Shown here piece after piece: positions 59,391 to 64,000 of a stretch of 64,000 nucleotides of DNA; the first letter of the stretch is position 1; each line of letters starts with the position of its first letter. This stretch comes from Microbotryum violaceum (taxonomy: Eukaryota), in NCBI GenBank assembly GCA_001244265.2, contig LN717261.1, positions 806,001 to 870,000 of the forward strand, in the 5' to 3' direction. The position numbers and the translations under genes are program-made. Below the pieces are notes generated by a model. That model was not told the origin of the DNA. It saw only the letters and a program-made list of their open reading frames with translations, and made no database searches.

Positions 59391-62300
59391 AAAATGACGG
59401 CGTCCTTGGCAGAGGGGCTGGTGCGGCTTTTGCCCAAGAACAAACCGGGGGCCAATCTGAAATCACTGGGGGCATATCGACCGATCACACTGCGCGAGAC
59501 GACCTACAAGGTCCTCAGCAAGGTCTTGGTGGCGCGACTCAATGGGGTGCTCGGCGAGCTTTTGCCGCCGGCGCAACACGGGTTCATGCCATCAAGACGT
59601 TCAGCAGACGCGGGAAGTCATCTCACTCTCCTTCTCGAAAAACTCAAGTCGCTAGGCACTGAATTTTTCCCCGAGGGCGCCCTCTTGTCCTTGGATCAGC
59701 AGAGCGCGTACGATCGGGTCGATCACGCATGGATCTTTGACGTCTTCGAGGCCTTTGGCTTTGGTGAGCGTTTCATTTCCCTGCTGCGCGCTCTGTACGA
59801 TCCCGAGACTCTGGGGGTGCGCTACCTCATCAATGGGTTCCCCACGGACTTGGTGCGGTTGCTGTGTGGTCTCGGTCAGCGGGATCCCCTCTCGTGCCCG
59901 GTTTGGAACATCACGTTCCAGCCCTTCCTCGACACCCTCGTTTGGCACGGGATCGCGCTCGGCCTGCAGAAGGTGTGGCCAGGGGGGCCGCGTGCGCAGC
60001 TTACGCATCTGGTGTTTGCCGACAATGCTGTGGTGGTGGTGGAGTCACCGGCGGCATTGTCGAAGCTGCAAACACTGTCGCAGACGTGGTACGAGGCAAC
60101 CAACGGGAAGACCAACACGGACAAGACGCTGGTGCTACCACTCGGACCGAACTGGCTTCGGGACGAGACTGCGCAGGCGCTGCCAACGGTGCAGGAGGGG
60201 GGTAGCTTCAAGTGGTGCGGCTATTCCTTCTTTTGCCACGGTGACTCGAAACTGTTTTGGACCCATGTTCTTGACAGGATCAAGGCCAAGACCCGCGCCG
60301 CTGGAGACCGGACACTTTCGCCGAGTGGGAAGGTCTTCTATGCCAACGCTCACATCATCTCGACGGTCCTCCACGTGCTGTCCTTCGACATACCGCCTCA
60401 ATGGTTCATTAAGGCGGCGGAGACAGCACTTACGGATTTTGTTTGGGGAGGAGCAGGGCGAAATGCCGTCGCTCGCGATTTCGTGTTCCAGGCTCGGGAG
60501 GACGGTGGCTTGGGCTTGATTTCAATCGGCGACATCGTTCATTCGGTGGCGCTTCGATTTTGGGATGCTGTGGCGGGCTCGAACGAGGCGATCTGGGCGC
60601 CCCTAGCTCGCGAGAGCTGGAGGTCCCTCGTCGCTGCGACCCGCGATTTCAGTCCGTGGGGGTTCTTCAGCAGCACGGCTCGGGTCGAGAAGCTGTATCG
60701 CGACTCGACGCGCTGGGGGGCAGTCGTTGCAGCTGCCAGGGTCACAGTTCCAACCATCAAGTCCGAACTCCTTACGCTCCCCGAATTGCTCTCGCTTCCG
60801 CCTCGCCTCCCTTCACTCTATGCTGAAGGTGCCAAGCACGCATATGACGATGCGGACGCAGTGGCGAAGTTTGCGCAGATCGCGGACCTGTACTGGAGGG
60901 ACGAAGGGAAGGGCTGGGCTCTGGTTGGTCATCGACGCGGGTTCTGGCAGCACTCTAAGGAACCCGCCCTACAGCACGAGCACGTGTGGTCGCGCGTGGG
61001 TCAGTTGCTCAAGGCGAAAGCCTTGCTGCCCAAGACCGCGTTGCGACCTGCTCGGATACCTCTCAAGGAGGCTCCCCGTCCTCGGTGCTTCAACTTCTTT
61101 GGGCTCACCCGACCGTTCACTATTCGCAAGCTTCGTCGGCTTGTGAACGTGGTTCGGTTCCCAGGGAGGGAGGATCGTGTCAAGCGTTTCCGTGATGGGA
61201 CTTCTCAGAGCGATAGGAAGCGCTTCTGGAGATGGCTTCCATGACCGGTTTGCGTCTGCTGTGGAGCAGGACACCCACTGGCGGCTCATGTACGACGTGA
61301 CGCCGACGCGCAAGAGGCAGCGTACTCAGGGTCATGCCTCTTCGCCGACGTGTCTGTTCTGCGGCAACGATGCAGCGGTCATCGAGACGGTGTCGCACTA
61401 CTTCTTCGAGTGCGCGTACTCGACCAGCTTCTGGGGTGGGGTGCTTCGCATTCTGTTCGACAAGCTGGGCATCGAGGATACCGACGTCGATCCGTCGACG
61501 TTCACTCCGGAGCAGCTGACTATGGGGCTCCCCTTTTGCGGGGTCGTGGGAGAACGACCTCGAGATGGATGTGGGTTCGGCTGGCCTGCGCGATCGGCTT
61601 CCAGCGGCTGCACCTGCTCCGCTGGCACGTTCATCAGCGGTTCGAGCTGGACAAGGTCGTGGCCCCTCCCTCGCTCCCCAGTGCACTCAGAGCGTTCGAG
61701 CGAGATTTTCTCTCTCGAGCGGGTTTTGTGCCTGGGGCTCGAGATTGGGAGGTGTGATGACCGATGGAAGGCTGCGCACCTCTCCCTCTCTCTCTCCACT
61801 TTGCGCAGTAGCGGTTTTTTGTTCTTGGATGGATCGGCAAGCCAGGTCGATTGTCTTTGCGTTGGAGGCTTTGTGAAGTTTTTCCAGGCTTTGTGAAGTT
61901 TTTCCCTCTCCTTTCCCCCCTTTTTTCCCTTCCCTTCCTCTTCTCGTTCCTGTTGCTCGGTTGTTGACTACGCTTCAGCCACTTCTCCTTTTACTACTAA
62001 GCCGTGTGTTGGACTCCGTTGAATGGTTCGTTCGTTCGCGTTGGTCAAGATCTACGGCATGGCTCGGGAAGGAAGGTCGCTCGTTTCTGGTCAATATCCT
62101 CGCGTCAAGGCGAGGCTCGTTTCGTTGTACTGGATCGCTTTTCTCTCGGCCCCGACGGCTCAACAGCCAGCACTCGAGATTCAGCCAAGGGAGGACATCA
62201 GGCGCTGTCGGGGTGACGAGTAGCTGGGGCTTGGCTGCGGCCTGTTAGTCCCTGGGGACCTCTACCTCCGGCTTCGACCCCCTCCCTGGGCCCCTCGGGT

Positions 62301-62644
62301 GTGTTCCCCTCCTTTCTGCCTTAGTATTCCTGGTTCTCCGTGTTTCCAGTCGTGACTTTCTGTATATTCTCCCCCTTCTTTCTCTAGGCGCTCTTGCCTG
62401 GTTTTCGAGTATCTTCGCTCCCGCTTTTGGGACGTGAAGCGGCGGCAGTATTCACCGCCCGTTGGAGTCCGCGTTAGGTGCTCGGCGGGTTTTGATCTGC
62501 GCAGCGCTCTTTGCGCGCAGGGGTTTGACTTTCACCCAACTGCTTGCCGTCGTTGCTTTATAATCCCTTTTAGCTCTTTTGTAGCGGTCCCAGCCAACCC
62601 GAAGGATTGCAATTTATGAGCCCCAGTCAAAAAAAAAAAAAAAA
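59391..62644 (+). mobile_element. 5'-truncated copy of the L1-like LINE (RT, C-terminal Zn finger, 3' UTR, poly-A)
   Basis: Near-identical inverted copy of ~19765-23000, with a poly(A) tail at ~62629-62644. Confidence 0.96.
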
Positions 62645-64000
62645 CTTTACTTCACTTCACTTCACTTCACTTCACTTCACTTCGAAATCGCCCTACCGCA
62701 GTCTTCGATACTCGAGTTAACAAGTGATACACCGACAAGATGTCTACAGGAGACCCTGGGTCCCCACCGCCGGCACCGCGACCCCCGGTGTCCGCCACCG
62801 GCGACCAGATCCCGATAAGCTCGAAGAAGACCCAAGTCACGGGCCCCGCCACCGCCGCACCCAACTATGCCGCCGCTGCGAGTCAGGCGACTCAGTCACC
62901 TGAACAACAGCAACAACAACAACAGCGTGCCAAGGCTCTGGGCAGCCTCCTAAAAGCCATGGGTGCTGTACCCGGAAACCGCATGGATCGTTGGGTCCAG
63001 GCCATCTACTTCGCCGAACTCTACCCCGTCGCCACCGCCACATCGCTGAAATTCTCGGCCTTGAACGCGAACCGGTCTGTTGAGAACATCTTTGATTACG
63101 CCCTTGAAGTGACTCTGTCTCACCAGAGCGCCTCGCGAGCGTCTCATGCCGACAAGACCGATCTCGTGGCCTGCGTCACGAGGCTGTTATCGCCGATCTC
63201 TCCTATCTGCTTTGAGCCTGGAGTTCCTCTGCCGGACCACCTTGCAGCCTATCGACCACAGATCCTAGGCGTACAACATTCATCAATCCTGCGTAATGGG
63301 GCGGCTCACCATCGCGTTACGGTTGGGTTCGTCACCGGCGAGGCACGTGACGCTGCGCTTACGACGCCCCCTGCTCTCACTTGGCGATCGGCGAAGGCCC
63401 GCTTCGCGAAATCTCACAGGTTCCACCATAACATCGTCGAGCTTCGAATCAACGTCGGTGTTCAAGGAGTGCCTTCCATGGATGCCATCATCAAATCGTT
63501 CCAATTACTAGTACAGGACTTGTCAGGCAAGGGACATTCGTGCCAACTTGTGCAGGTTCTGCGCATTATCAGCGTGGACAACGCCTCGGCCTTTGCCCAC
63601 GTTGCCGGAGACTACTCAGCTTTCCTACACTTCGATGACGACTCCCTGTTCAAACGCCCTAACACGACCTTGAAAGAGATCCTACCTTCGAGAATCGGCC
63701 TTCCCACTCGAGGCATCCCCGTCACCGCCCTTCGCCATGACTATGAGAAGGAGGCGGCTTGCGGTAGGTGCCACTTCGTTGGTCACGTGGGAACCTGCGG
63801 ACTGGATCAGGAGAGCAAGCGAAAGGAGGCTCACAACGGCAACGGCAACGGCAACACTAACGCCAACAAGAACACCATCACCAACGACACCAACATTGTG
63901 GAGGCCGAGGCCCCCATTCCTGTGCCGGTTGTTAACAGCATCGCATCACAGAATCGCTTCGCCGGGCTCGAGGTTGAGGAGGGACAGGAGGAAGCGGTAA
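62645..64000 (+). mobile_element. 5' part of another, diverged LINE (ORF1 with frameshifts) preceded by (CTTCA)n
   Basis: ATG ~62740 gives [13 protein letters not shown]...LLKAMGAVP, which parallels ORF1 MPDPPGNPPAP...VFKALGIVP. Knuckle-like [13 protein letters not shown] at ~63760. Confidence 0.75.

Overview
Eukaryotic, intron-rich fungal DNA, most likely a basidiomycete and possibly Microbotryum-like (inferred from gene style and TE content). More than half of the window is transposon-derived. Host genes: PCT1 cytidylyltransferase, an HRP1/Musashi-type RRM protein, ARL2, a PIG-Y-like protein, a HEM25/SLC25A38-like carrier, CSN2, a Yap1/Pap1-type bZIP and an NDUFA11-like protein. Mobile DNA: (1) a probable DNA transposon with a GCM-like zinc domain, cut by a Copia LTR; (2) a Dada-like DDE transposase containing a DEDDy 3'-5' exonuclease; (3) a CxC1-KDZ transposase; (4) four L1-clade LINE pieces; (5) one intact Copia with an ACTTT target-site duplication (TSD) inside a decayed DUF6570-type Helitron-like element; (6) a nested Helitron/LTR/Copia/Copia/MITE/LINE stack at 53-64 kb. 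All family calls come from motif recognition by eye. No database searches were run, and exon boundaries are approximate.
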